From assembly GCA_963765895.1 (NCBI GenBank), contig CAVXZB010000024.1, forward strand, positions 1 to 64,000: DNA of 64,000 nt. The letters run 5' to 3'. The notes below the pieces were generated by a model, which was not told the DNA's origin, made no database searches, and saw only the letters and a program-made list of their open reading frames with translations. Below, one piece after another: positions 34,024-43,827 of the stretch. The position numbers and the translations under genes were made by a program. The stretch comes from an uncultured Nitrososphaeraceae archaeon (GTDB lineage Archaea > Thermoproteota > Nitrososphaeria > Nitrososphaerales > Nitrososphaeraceae). The stretch's first letter is position 1, and each line of letters begins with the position of its first letter.

Positions 34024-35583
34024 TCACCTCTTTGTATCAGAAACTGTCTGGGGATCTAGATTTTCTGCGGCTAGGTTTCTATCGATACGCAAAACAGATT
34101 TTGCTATTTCACCAGCAGCTTTCAAGGCCATCGTCTTAACCAATAATGGGTCCAAAATTCCCTTATTCCACATATCAACAGGTTCCCCGCCATCAATATC
34201 TATGCCGAAACCACTAGGCGATGCTTTAGCAGCCATAACCTTCTCTAAACCATTGTATCCAGCATTCGAGAGAATTTGTCTCATTATACTTTCAAGGGCC
34301 GATGCTACAACTTCAAGTCCCACCTGCTCAAGACCCTTTAGCCGCATATCTTTTACCTGCTCTATAACATGCAATTCTGCGGCCCCCCCTCCTGCCACGA
34401 CTCCCTTATTCAATGCCGCCTCAGCAGCATTTACACCATCAATAGCGGCCCTCCATCGTTCCAGGGAAGTTTCTTTAGTTGATCCCGAGACTACCAAAGT
34501 TACCATATTCTTACCCGATCCACCTTCGATGCATACAACCCCATTTTCTTCCTCTTCGAATACACGATCTGCTCTGCCAACTATGTCAGGTTTAGACAAA
34601 TCATCGATCATTCTAACTATTTTTGCACCAGTATATCTAGACATGTACTCCATCTCTTCTATAGAGATCCGCACTGCAAATACGTTATGACTGACTAACA
34701 AGTCCTCAACTACTTGATCTATCTCTGTCGAAGCAAGCAGGAAAGTATTCGCACCAGTTGCAATCATCGCATCGACTAGTCGTTTCGATTTCTCTATTCT
34801 ATCATTCTCCATGCTCAATATTTCTTGATATTTGCTATTATCCTTGAGCCAAGACTCTTTTACGGGTTTGAGATCAAGTCTAGCAATCATAATCCTCGCT
34901 TCATTAATCTTAGTCGGCATCGCTGGGTCTACCCTCTTTCGTTCCAGGACTAATCCGGTCACAATGCGATCTTCCATATTTGTTTTCCGTATTACCATGA
35001 TTGATTTATCAAAATCAAATGAACCATCAAACTTTGCATTTTCTCCAACTGTTCTAAGAGCAGTAATGACGAGTGAGGAAAGTTGTCTACCGTCTAGCTT
35101 TGAAGAAAGTGATGTATTTACTACTTGTTCTAATGTTACTTCCTTAATTGAAATTGTTTTGGATTCGGCTTCTAACAATTCACAGGCGTGCCTTACTCCA
35201 CTGTCTATTCCTTCAACAACTTTGGTTGGATGTACGCCAAGCTCCTTTACAAGTTTCTTTCCTTCCTTGATCATTTCCGCAGCCATGACAACTGCTGTTG
35301 TAGTACCGTCTCCTACTAGCTGTTCTTGTCTTTCAGCAATTTCCACGATCATTCGTGCTACTGGATGAATAGCTCTTAGGGAGAGAAGAATGGTTACCCC
35401 GTCATTTGAGATATGCCTATTCATAGCTTGGTCTATTAATAATTTATCCAGTCCTTTAGGTCCTAAAGTCGTCCTCACTGTATCGGCAACGGCCATAACT
35501 GCGTTGGAGTTTGATTCGAGAGCATTGAACTCAATACTCTCCGCCATCGGTCTCCACACACCAAAATTAGGATTTGACATCAT
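34024..35583 (-). CDS. Divergent group II-type chaperonin inside the urease operon
   Basis: LGPKG, NDG, GDGTTT, GGGAAE motifs. Confidence 0.92.
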   Translation of the reverse strand: MMSNPNFGVWRPMAESIEFNALESNSNAVMAVADTVRTTLGPKGLDKLLIDQAMNRHISNDGVTILLSLRAIHPVARMIVEIAERQEQLVGDGTTTAVVMAAEMIKEGKKLVKELGVHPTKVVEGIDSGVRHACELLEAESKTISIKEVTLEQVVNTSLSSKLDGRQLSSLVITALRTVGENAKFDGSFDFDKSIMVIRKTNMEDRIVTGLVLERKRVDPAMPTKINEARIMIARLDLKPVKESWLKDNSKYQEILSMENDRIEKSKRLVDAMIATGANTFLLASTEIDQVVEDLLVSHNVFAVRISIEEMEYMSRYTGAKIVRMIDDLSKPDIVGRADRVFEEEENGVVCIEGGSGKNMVTLVVSGSTKETSLERWRAAIDGVNAAEAALNKGVVAGGGAAELHVIEQVKDMRLKGLEQVGLEVVASALESIMRQILSNAGYNGLEKVMAAKASPSGFGIDIDGGEPVDMWNKGILDPLLVKTMALKAAGEIAKSVLRIDRNLAAENLDPQTVSDTKR

Positions 35584-35661
35584 AAGGACATGTCAAACAG
35601 ACAAAAATAAAGATATTGAAAACATCAAAAATAAAAAAAATTGAGTTTTTCTTGGTCGAAG

Positions 35662-37389
35662 TTATGCCATAAAGTACCTTTGGGCAGAAGAAAGTTCTTT
35701 TGCCGGATCAACTGTTGCAATCTTGCCGTCCAATTTTACCTCATATGTCTCAGGATCAATCGTTATTTCTGGAGTCTTGTCATTCCACATCATATTTCTT
35801 TTGCTAATGCTTCTACAGTTCTTTACTGGCAAGACTACTTTCTCTAATCCTAATTTTTCTGGGACGCCTAGCTTTACTGCCGCCTTTGATGTGAATGTGA
35901 ACGATGTCTTCTGTACAGCCTTTCCGAGTGCTCCAAACATAGGTCTATAGAATACTGGTTCTGGCGTTGGAAGCGAAGCATTAGGATCTCCCATTATTGA
36001 CCACGCAATGAATCCTCCCTTGAATATCATTTTTGGCTTTGCCGGGAAGAAGGCTGTTGAATACATTGCGATATCAGCATATTTTCCTACTTCAAGTGAG
36101 CCCAAATAATCTGCAACTCCGTGCGTGGTTGCAGGATTTATTGTGGTTTTCGCAATGTACCTCTTTGCTCTGAAGTTGTCATTACCTTCTGAGTCTTCTT
36201 TCAGACTACCCTTCATTTTCTTCATTTTATCGGCTGTCTGCCATGCTCGTATCACAACTTCACCTATTCTACCCATTGCTTGGCTATCTGAGGAATACAT
36301 ACTTAGAACACCTTCGTCATGTAATACGTCCTCGGCTGCAATCGTTTCTGCTCTAATACGAGATTCTGCAAAGTGTACGTCCTCTGGGACACTTGGGTTC
36401 AGGTGATGACAAAACATCAGCATATCAAGATGCTCAGCTATAGTATTCATTGTATACGGTCTTGTGGGATTTGTCGATGATGGTAAGGCAAAGGGTTCGC
36501 CAGCAATCTTCATAATATCAGGGGCGTGTCCACCACCAGCTCCTTCTGTATGATAGGTATGTAATGTTCGCCCATCTATCGCGTTGATAGTGTCTTCTAC
36601 GTATGCGCATTCATTAATGGAATCTGTATGTATTGCTAACTGAGTATCCGTTAGATCACATGCTCTGAGCGATGCATCCAAGACTGCCGCAGTTGTTCCC
36701 CAGTCCTCGTGGTCCTTTAGCCCGCAGGCGCCTGCTTCAATCTGTTCCATCTGCGTAGCTAGAGATGGATGTGAATCATTCCCTTTACCAAGGAATCCGA
36801 AATTCATTGGTATATCCTCTATAGATTCTAACATTCGGCTCATATTGAATACGCCAGGGGTACAAGTTGTAGCATTAGTCCCATCAGCAGGTCCAGTACC
36901 TCCACCTATCATATTACATATTCCTCCACTTATGGCATCGATATATTGTTGGGGAGAGATGTTATGAACATGAGTATCAAAATGTCCAGGAGTGCATATT
37001 GTATGCTCCCCTGCGGTTGCCTCTGTACATGCTGATACTACCATATTCTTACTTACCTTATCCATGATGTTCGGGTTCCCTGCTTTGCCGATCCCGGCGA
37101 TCTTTCCGTCCTTTATACCGATGTCTCCTTTTACTATGCCAATTTCAGGATCCAATACGACTGCATTTGTGATTAGAAAATCAAGGGCACCATTAGCATT
37201 GGTTACACCTGGTGTTTGAGCCAAGCCATCTCTTATCGTTTTGCCCCCACCAAATACACACTCATCTCCAGGAGTTATGAAATCCTTTTCTATCTCAATT
37301 AATAAATCAGAATCTCCCAATCTTACCTTATCTCCAGTCGTTGGACCGAATAAATCTGTGTATTGTTTGCGAGTTAATTTAAGAACCAT
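35662..37389 (-). CDS. ureC: Urease alpha subunit (intact)
   Basis: All Ni-ligand motifs present. Start [10 protein letters not shown] at 37389. Confidence 0.97.
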   Translation of the reverse strand: MVLKLTRKQYTDLFGPTTGDKVRLGDSDLLIEIEKDFITPGDECVFGGGKTIRDGLAQTPGVTNANGALDFLITNAVVLDPEIGIVKGDIGIKDGKIAGIGKAGNPNIMDKVSKNMVVSACTEATAGEHTICTPGHFDTHVHNISPQQYIDAISGGICNMIGGGTGPADGTNATTCTPGVFNMSRMLESIEDIPMNFGFLGKGNDSHPSLATQMEQIEAGACGLKDHEDWGTTAAVLDASLRACDLTDTQLAIHTDSINECAYVEDTINAIDGRTLHTYHTEGAGGGHAPDIMKIAGEPFALPSSTNPTRPYTMNTIAEHLDMLMFCHHLNPSVPEDVHFAESRIRAETIAAEDVLHDEGVLSMYSSDSQAMGRIGEVVIRAWQTADKMKKMKGSLKEDSEGNDNFRAKRYIAKTTINPATTHGVADYLGSLEVGKYADIAMYSTAFFPAKPKMIFKGGFIAWSIMGDPNASLPTPEPVFYRPMFGALGKAVQKTSFTFTSKAAVKLGVPEKLGLEKVVLPVKNCRSISKRNMMWNDKTPEITIDPETYEVKLDGKIATVDPAKELSSAQRYFMA

Positions 37390-37405
37390 TATTAATCTTC
37401 TCCTT

Positions 37406-37795
37406 TTATGCGCCCCTAAAGCCCTGCTTCTTTGCCTTTTCCAGTGCCGCGTTTTTTGCAACCGATGAATTCAGTCCTCCCATTACAAGCCCGTTAAATC
37501 CATGCACAACGCGAGACCCTCCCAATTCGCACAATTCTACCTCCTTAGAATCACCTGGCTCAAATCTCACTGAAGTACCTGCAGGAATATTCAATCTAAA
37601 CCCAAACGCCTTTTCTCTTGGAAAGTCTAGTGCTCTATTTACTTCAAAGAAGTGAGTGTGTGAACCGACCTGGCAAGGTCTATCTCCGGCATTCTTGACA
37701 TTGATTTTGATTGTCTTTTTATTCTCATTGCAATTAACAGGGCTTTGTGCCAAAACATATTCTCCAGGGATCATATTTTTGGAACCTTCCTCCAT
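37406..37795 (-). CDS. ureB: Urease beta subunit
   Basis: Same translation as 4035..4424. Confidence 0.97.
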   Translation of the reverse strand: MEEGSKNMIPGEYVLAQSPVNCNENKKTIKINVKNAGDRPCQVGSHTHFFEVNRALDFPREKAFGFRLNIPAGTSVRFEPGDSKEVELCELGGSRVVHGFNGLVMGGLNSSVAKNAALEKAKKQGFRGA

Positions 37796-37846
37796 AATTG
37801 GTTTTTTTTAATTTTCATCTTTTTGGTATCAACCAACTAAAATCAC

Positions 37847-38150
37847 CTAATAAACTGGGTCATGTACTGTTACCAGTTTAGTGCCGTCTGGGAATGTAGC
37901 TTCTACCTGAACTGTATGTATCATTTCCGGAACGCCTTTCATAACGTCGGCGCTCTTTAGAACTTCTCTTGCTGATTTCATCAAATCAGCGACAGTTTTG
38001 CCTTCTCTTGCGCCTTCTACAACAAAGTTTGCAATATACGCAATGGCTTCAGGATAGTTAAGTTTTACGCCTTTTTTCTTTCGTCCTTCTGCAATTTGTG
38101 GCGACAGTCCAAATGACCATCTTTTCCATTTCCCTCGGTGCTAACATCAA
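37847..38150 (-). CDS. ureA: Urease gamma subunit (frameshift near 38103)
   Basis: Mirror of 3681..3983 with one extra base. Confidence 0.9.
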
Positions 38151-38267
38151 ATTTTTCTATTACCTCATTGTATAGAATAGATCTGAAATATTTAAGTATA
38201 GAAGTCCTACGTGCTATAATTCTGAAGAAAACCACCTTCTACTGACGCTTAGTTCAAAGAGGATTAT

Positions 38268-38285
38268 TTAGTAGACGTCGACTAA
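38268..38285. promoter_or_regulatory. Putative operator TTAGTAGACGTCGACTAA upstream of ureA (mirror copy)
   Basis: Reverse complement of 3547-3564. Confidence 0.62.
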
Positions 38286-38292
38286 AATTTCA

Positions 38293-38908
38293 TTAATGCG
38301 TAGAGATGCTAACTGGGACCACGACTCCAAGCCAGAAAACAATCTGTTCATATTTTCCATTTTTATTGACCGGCAGAGCGAAATCATAGACTTTTGTTTG
38401 AGAATGGATTTCAATGAAATTTGATTGTATCATCCTTCCAACCATGTTCGTAATAGTCGTCTCTATGCCCTTTCTCAAAATGAAGGCATCTATTTTTGAA
38501 TATTCAATATAAAAGTTTGAAGGGTTATCTAATAATGCTGCTGGATTTATGACACACGAGTTAGAACTGAAGTCAGATTCCCTCAGTTTGTTTTTTAAGA
38601 GTAGATAGGGATAAGGGGCCATTCCTGCAACGTAACCTAAATCTACAAATTTTTTTAGTACTCCCTTTTGACTAACAATTATTCTATTTGTAGTAAAATC
38701 TAGCCGTAGATTCTTCCCCCAACCACCTTTTGTTTCGGAACTTAATCTGAGGATCGTCTCCTCAATGTCACGGCTCTTGCACCAGTCAATAAAAAACAAG
38801 ACCTTTTCAGAGTCAGACTTTGTGATCAGAATATCTTTGGAATAATCCAAAAATTCGGCAAACTGCTCAGGAATCACAAGAACACCTGACGTACAGAATT
38901 CCCGACAT
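38293..38908 (-). CDS. Hypothetical urease-cluster protein (indel near the 5' end)
   Basis: Mirror of 2925..3539. Confidence 0.7.
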
Positions 38909-39152
38909 CTAAATATAACTTTGCATATGCTTATCGACTTATATTGGAATCTAGATTATTGCTATTAAACAACGAGGGTTAATCACCCAACCTAAGATAC
39001 TAAGGAGTCAAGTAAATGTTCAGATAGTAGAGATTAATAGTAGTTCATGTAACTGTTCGTTGGCAAATTTTTATACCTTGTCTGGAAATATGGTCTAAAA
39101 AGCGACCGTAGAGTCCCCTGTAAAGTCCTGAGTTATGATTTACCGATCGTGT

Positions 39153-40325
39153 CTAAGGTCTTGACCAGCCTATTCCTGCTGGAATATGCATTAATCCTGC
39201 TGTTGCTATCATCCAAACCCAAGCAGTAAACACAAAGGGACCAGTTAGCGCAGGAAGTCCCCATGTTCCAAAGAATTTTTGCAACGCAGGCATTACAACT
39301 ACTGAACAGGTCACGGTGGCCAATATAGCCATGAAAAATGTTTGAGGTGTCAACGGAAGAAATGAGGTAAGTGCGATCATTACCAGGACTTGATTAAATC
39401 CGTGAAGACCTATCCTTACCTCAGCAGTAGGCAGCTTTGTTAGAATTGCCAAGGCGGCTCCAATAGCCGAACCAATCAGCGCCATTAACCCCCCAAGGTA
39501 AAGCGGAGACAAGGGGTTCCATCCGGCAGTATAAGCGTTAGTCCACCAAGGACGAACTTGCACACCAGTCGCGGTTGTTATTATTGGGGCAAGCTCAAAT
39601 GCTAATGTAAGCCCGACCACCCAAAAGACGCCTGTCTTCCAGTTTTCGACAAATGTGACCTGTGAAACACCCTTCAGCGTTGCAATCATAAATTCCTTAG
39701 CAGTCCATTTAAAAGGAGCTGAGGGCTCCGGATTGCCACTTCCAGGAATCAATACTTCCTTCTCGGGCGGAGGAAGCTCTGGCCATATATCATGACCATA
39801 TCTTCTACTAGCATACATCATTGCCCAGGTAGTAAATATGAATGATGACGTAAATCCAGGTATCGCCCAGCCGTGGCCGCCATTAACAAATATATCGCCC
39901 ATCCAGTGACCAAAAGCTTGCCATACTACTGCAGTTATAGCAGCTCCGAATACAGATATCCAGAATGTGGCTTTGTTTGCCTTCACAAATGGACCTGACC
40001 AAAATGCCATACCCGTCAAAATCGAGTTATAACCAAACAAACCAAAGGCAACATTTGTATAAGAAGCACCGAATATAATGGCCATTCCTGCTCCGATAAG
40101 TCCAGCCAGGACCATCATTGCACCAGCTTTTCTTGAAGCCAAAAACACTCCTGAAACAATTAAAATCCCAGTTACTGGTGAACTAAATAACGGTACCTCA
40201 GAAATACCATTAAACAAAATATAGAAGAAGTCCAATACTGGATTTCCGGTTGAGTAAGTAGCCGACCCAGCTATTGGTGCAACGGCCGCAATTATCGGGA
40301 GGAATGAATGAAATACTTCTATCAA
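39153..40325 (-). CDS. UT-family urea transporter (intact, 390 aa)
   Basis: Two homologous halves with G-x-x-G-Y/F-N and P-x-x-T-x-x-F signatures; highly hydrophobic. Confidence 0.92.
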   Translation of the reverse strand: MIEVFHSFLPIIAAVAPIAGSATYSTGNPVLDFFYILFNGISEVPLFSSPVTGILIVSGVFLASRKAGAMMVLAGLIGAGMAIIFGASYTNVAFGLFGYNSILTGMAFWSGPFVKANKATFWISVFGAAITAVVWQAFGHWMGDIFVNGGHGWAIPGFTSSFIFTTWAMMYASRRYGHDIWPELPPPEKEVLIPGSGNPEPSAPFKWTAKEFMIATLKGVSQVTFVENWKTGVFWVVGLTLAFELAPIITTATGVQVRPWWTNAYTAGWNPLSPLYLGGLMALIGSAIGAALAILTKLPTAEVRIGLHGFNQVLVMIALTSFLPLTPQTFFMAILATVTCSVVVMPALQKFFGTWGLPALTGPFVFTAWVWMIATAGLMHIPAGIGWSRP

Positions 40326-40480
40326 ACCAAGCTACATCTGTGGAGGTATATTTTAACGATTTGTAAATTATTCATGTTTATTAATCACGTTACTATCGCA
40401 TGGCAACTCATAGTAAATCATTGCGAAACTAATAGACTACTATTGGCTAGATACTACGTACTTTAAGAAAAACATGATAG

Positions 40481-40498
40481 TTAGCCGACGTCTACTAA
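40481..40498. promoter_or_regulatory. Putative operator TTAGCCGACGTCTACTAA upstream of the urea transporter (mirror copy)
   Basis: Reverse complement of 1334-1351. Confidence 0.58.
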
Positions 40499-40805
40499 TG
40501 CAGGAAAGATCAAGTTGTTTGTGGCGTTCCAGAGATTAATGAACTCAGTATTACTATCATGTTTTGACCTTGATATTTAATTAATGTCAATATTGTAAAT
40601 TAGTAACCTGTACAGAATTTGAATTGAGGCTCCTTTTTCATATATTTAAAGAGTTAAATTCATCAAAGGAAGTTTAAGTAGAAGGCAATCAAGCTTCTGG
40701 CTGATTCGTCCTTTGAACAGCAAATTAAGCAAATTTGGCTCTTTTCCTTATTACACATTGGAATCATAAACTTCTATATCCTTCGTTAGTAATACAGGGT
40801 CATTC

Positions 40806-41345
40806 ATGATAGACGCGATCGATGAGTTGATTCTATCCACGCTAAGTAAGAATTCTAAACAAGACACCGTAGAGATATGCGATTATCTAAGGGACTATGG
40901 ACATAACGTGACTGAGGATGAAATAGATTCTCGAATTATCAGTTTAGAGAAGGAAAAAGTGATTTCGCGATATACTATTTCCATTGATTCAACAAAGATT
41001 AAACGTAGGATTATAAGGGTCGCACTCGTTCGCTTTAAGGTATCGCAACACCTTCTCAAGCGACTAGAGGGTCTAAAGAAATACCTAACTGAAGCCCCGT
41101 TTGTGCTCTATTGCGGACGAACCAGAGGTGGATATGACTGGATTACTATTCAATGCTTTCTGAATGAAGATGTTGCTGATGAGGAAAGTGACATCTATCG
41201 AAATCTGTTTGGAGATATTATTCAGTCATATGAAGTATATGACTTTATACCGATGAAAGAACTATCGACTCACGCACTTGCTCATACATTTGACGAGCAC
41301 AGAAAATTCTTAGGTGAGTGGATTTCACCCTTTCTTGGCAGATGA
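40806..41345 (+). CDS. Lrp/AsnC-family transcriptional regulator
   Basis: wHTH plus RAM-like domain; divergent from the urea transporter. Confidence 0.75.
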   Translation: MIDAIDELILSTLSKNSKQDTVEICDYLRDYGHNVTEDEIDSRIISLEKEKVISRYTISIDSTKIKRRIIRVALVRFKVSQHLLKRLEGLKKYLTEAPFVLYCGRTRGGYDWITIQCFLNEDVADEESDIYRNLFGDIIQSYEVYDFIPMKELSTHALAHTFDEHRKFLGEWISPFLGR

Positions 41346-41386
41346 TCTGGTGCCTGTCATGTTTGTTGTATATTTCATAGGGCACA

Positions 41387-42260
41387 TTACTCATTGAGCT
41401 TCGAATTAGAATTTTTGAATATAATAGCGTCGTCAATCATACTATGAGCTCTTAATCTTGTTTCCATCAAAAAATTAATTATTTCACCCCTTTGAGCCGG
41501 CTCTACGGTTTCATGAATTTCATCAATTAGGCTGTCTAATCTAGCCAGTAAAATTCTTAATGCCAGCGTAGTCTTTTTTGTAACTTTCAAAATTTGAATT
41601 GATTTCTTATATTCATTAGAAGCTTTGAGGTTGGATTCACCAACATATCTTAGACTGGATTTTATTTCCCTTATCTGTCTCACAGTCAAGCTGTTATTGG
41701 TCACTTGCTCAATAATTTCGGACTGTCTGTCGAAAGGAAGATTTGAAAGTTCTATCGCACAGCTAACGTTTAGCCTATTTGCAGCAATTCGTTCTTTAAG
41801 ACTATCGGGCAATCTTAGTAGCTGAATTCTATGCGAAACATATTCCTCACTCATTCCGATCTTCTTAGCAAGTTCGCTCACGCCACCCCAGCCAAAGTCA
41901 ATTACATATCTTCTGAATGCCTCTGCTTCCTCAATCGCATCCATTGCTTTACGTTGCATGTTTTCCGTAAGTTGAATTTCATATGCATCCTTATCTGACA
42001 TCTCCCGTATTTTGCAAGCTATGAAACGGCAGCGAAGAGATCTGCATGCTTGAAATCTTCTGTGCCCAGCCACAATCTCAAAACCTTGCGCAAGCGGGCC
42101 TTATCAGGATAGGTTGCAGCAATCCATGTTCTCGTATGCTGGCGACCAGGCTGTCATCTTCAGGTGAAATTTTTTGAAATTTATTTCTAACTGCGAATTG
42201 AGATGGCTTTATCATTTTCATCTCGATATGTTCTACTATGCTTGTATCAAAAAATTCCAT
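41387..42260 (-). CDS. ParB/RepB/Spo0J-family protein (1-bp frameshift near 42096)
   Basis: LVASIREHGLLQPILIRP, then (after removing one C of a CCC run) LAQGFEIVAGHRRFQA, ENMQRKAM..IEEAEAF, and HTH ELAKKIGMSEEYVSHRIQLL. Confidence 0.88.
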
Positions 42261-42639
42261 GGAAAGAATTGCAAATCTAACTACTTATTGTTTGCTGAGA
42301 TCAGGTAATTATCACAACATGTGTCTATTATCTAATAAATTTAGTAAGAATCTTTAAATAAATAATAAAATGGTGATACAATCTTGTTCATAAAGTCCAA
42401 AGCAAATATGTTTACTTTTAGCGGCAAATCTGGCCAGTTCTTAAATAACGATTCGGATCCAGGCATTATTTTAGGCAAGTAATCTAATCTACTAATTATT
42501 AGTAGAATAACACCATGCTGATTTGCCCCTGTAAATAGCAAGACCCTTTCCTGCCCCTAATTGGATAATAATAATCCCTAAATGTAAGAAAAATTCATAA
42601 ATGATTACCTTACCCCCATCTGACTGAGAACGTATTCCA

Positions 42640-43368
42640 ATGACTAAAAAAATACTGTCAATTCAAAATATCGAATGCGAGACACTTGGAATACTCGAGC
42701 CACTTCTACTGGCTGATGGATATGAAATACAAAATGTCCTAGCAAAAGAACTTCCTGGTCACATAAACCCAGAATCGTATAAGGCTATAATAGTACTTGG
42801 TGGGCCCATGTCGGCATACGACAACTTGAAATATCTTAACTTCGAAAAGCTATTGATCAAAAATGCTGTACTTGAACAGATTCCAGTCCTGGGGATATGT
42901 TTGGGTTCGCAACTCATCGCCTCTGCGCTTGGTGGTAAGGTCTATAAGGGAAATCAAAAAGAGATAGGCTGGCATTACATCGATCTTTCTGAAGATGGCA
43001 AGGAAGGAGTGTTTAAGGGGATAAGCAATTCTAGACTAGAAGTATTTCAGTGGCACGGGGACACTTTTGAGCTTCCGGTCAATAGCAAAATTCTAGCTTC
43101 CAGCGAACTCTATATTCAGGCCTTCAAGATCGGGACAGCTATTGGCATCCAATTCCATATCGAAGTTACCGAAGATATGATTAATGACTGGCTAACACAG
43201 TATGGTATGGAAATCCGCACTGAACTCATAAGTTCCACGAAAATATCTCTGGACATTCATACAAAAACTCAGAATCTCAGGAAATACTGTCTTGCTTTTT
43301 ATTCCAACTTTTGCAGTTTCATAGAACAATGCGATTCTGCCAAAAAATCAGCGTCTACTCTTTCATGA
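42640..43368 (+). CDS. Stand-alone class I glutamine amidotransferase (GMP-synthase-like)
   Basis: IVLGGPMS, GICLGSQ (nucleophile Cys), QWHGD, QFHIE. Confidence 0.9.
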   Translation: MTKKILSIQNIECETLGILEPLLLADGYEIQNVLAKELPGHINPESYKAIIVLGGPMSAYDNLKYLNFEKLLIKNAVLEQIPVLGICLGSQLIASALGGKVYKGNQKEIGWHYIDLSEDGKEGVFKGISNSRLEVFQWHGDTFELPVNSKILASSELYIQAFKIGTAIGIQFHIEVTEDMINDWLTQYGMEIRTELISSTKISLDIHTKTQNLRKYCLAFYSNFCSFIEQCDSAKKSASTLS

Positions 43369-43827
43369 TTGATAGCCTACGTTATCTGCAACACATCATT
43401 TACAAAAATTTAGGCAGCAGAAAATGTGAGGTATACAAACCTTGTATTGGAATAAGCGCACTGACTCCATGAACTCATGTATCATGATAGATAAGATGAT
43501 AAAGGAAAAATAGTACCGATATGATTGCCTACAATACCCTGGTTTTCCCAAATTGATGCTGCCCATATATCATTACCATTCTCAAGTATAATTCTAATTC
43601 AAGAGAATGACTATCTATTTCCAGAATATTTTCATAGTGAAGTACTTCATGCACTTCAAGATGTCGTGTACTTCAAGGTGATCCCTAGAGTGATAAGTTA
43701 TCACTTGCGGATTGCTAAAGAATGAAGGGAACAATTTAAGTGGATGGCCTATTGCAATACACTACGGTATCGGTGCACACAGTTAATAGGTTTGAGATAT
43801 CAAATTAGATGGATTCGAATAATTTTC

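Larger units (their letters stand above)
38..41793. repeat. ~20.9-kb inverted repeat (fold-back): arm 38-20936, loop 20937-20952, arm 20953-41793
   Basis: Every gene in the left arm has a mirrored copy (e.g. 487..1026- / 40806..41345+; 4035..4424+ / 37406..37795-; 14206..15324- / 26498..27616+). The centre reads CTCACTATACTTTATGCTATTATACTCAACGCTAT-caggatttatcaccat-ATAGTGTTGAGTATAATAGCATAAAGTATAGTGAG. Confidence 0.97.

Noticed and set aside
37390-37461. N-terminal extensions on ureC (also ureA 3597, ureF 8679, the Fe-S carrier 58375 and the microprotein 48492)
   Set aside because: These are longest-ORF artefacts. Family-typical starts lie downstream, and the ureC extension is not called in the other arm.
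1507-40325. Genuine duplication of the urease operon for gene dosage
   Set aside because: The mirror also covers unrelated housekeeping genes (aglB, DRG, cofE, leuCD) and ends mid-parB at an adapter. It is treated as an artefact unless read mapping shows otherwise.
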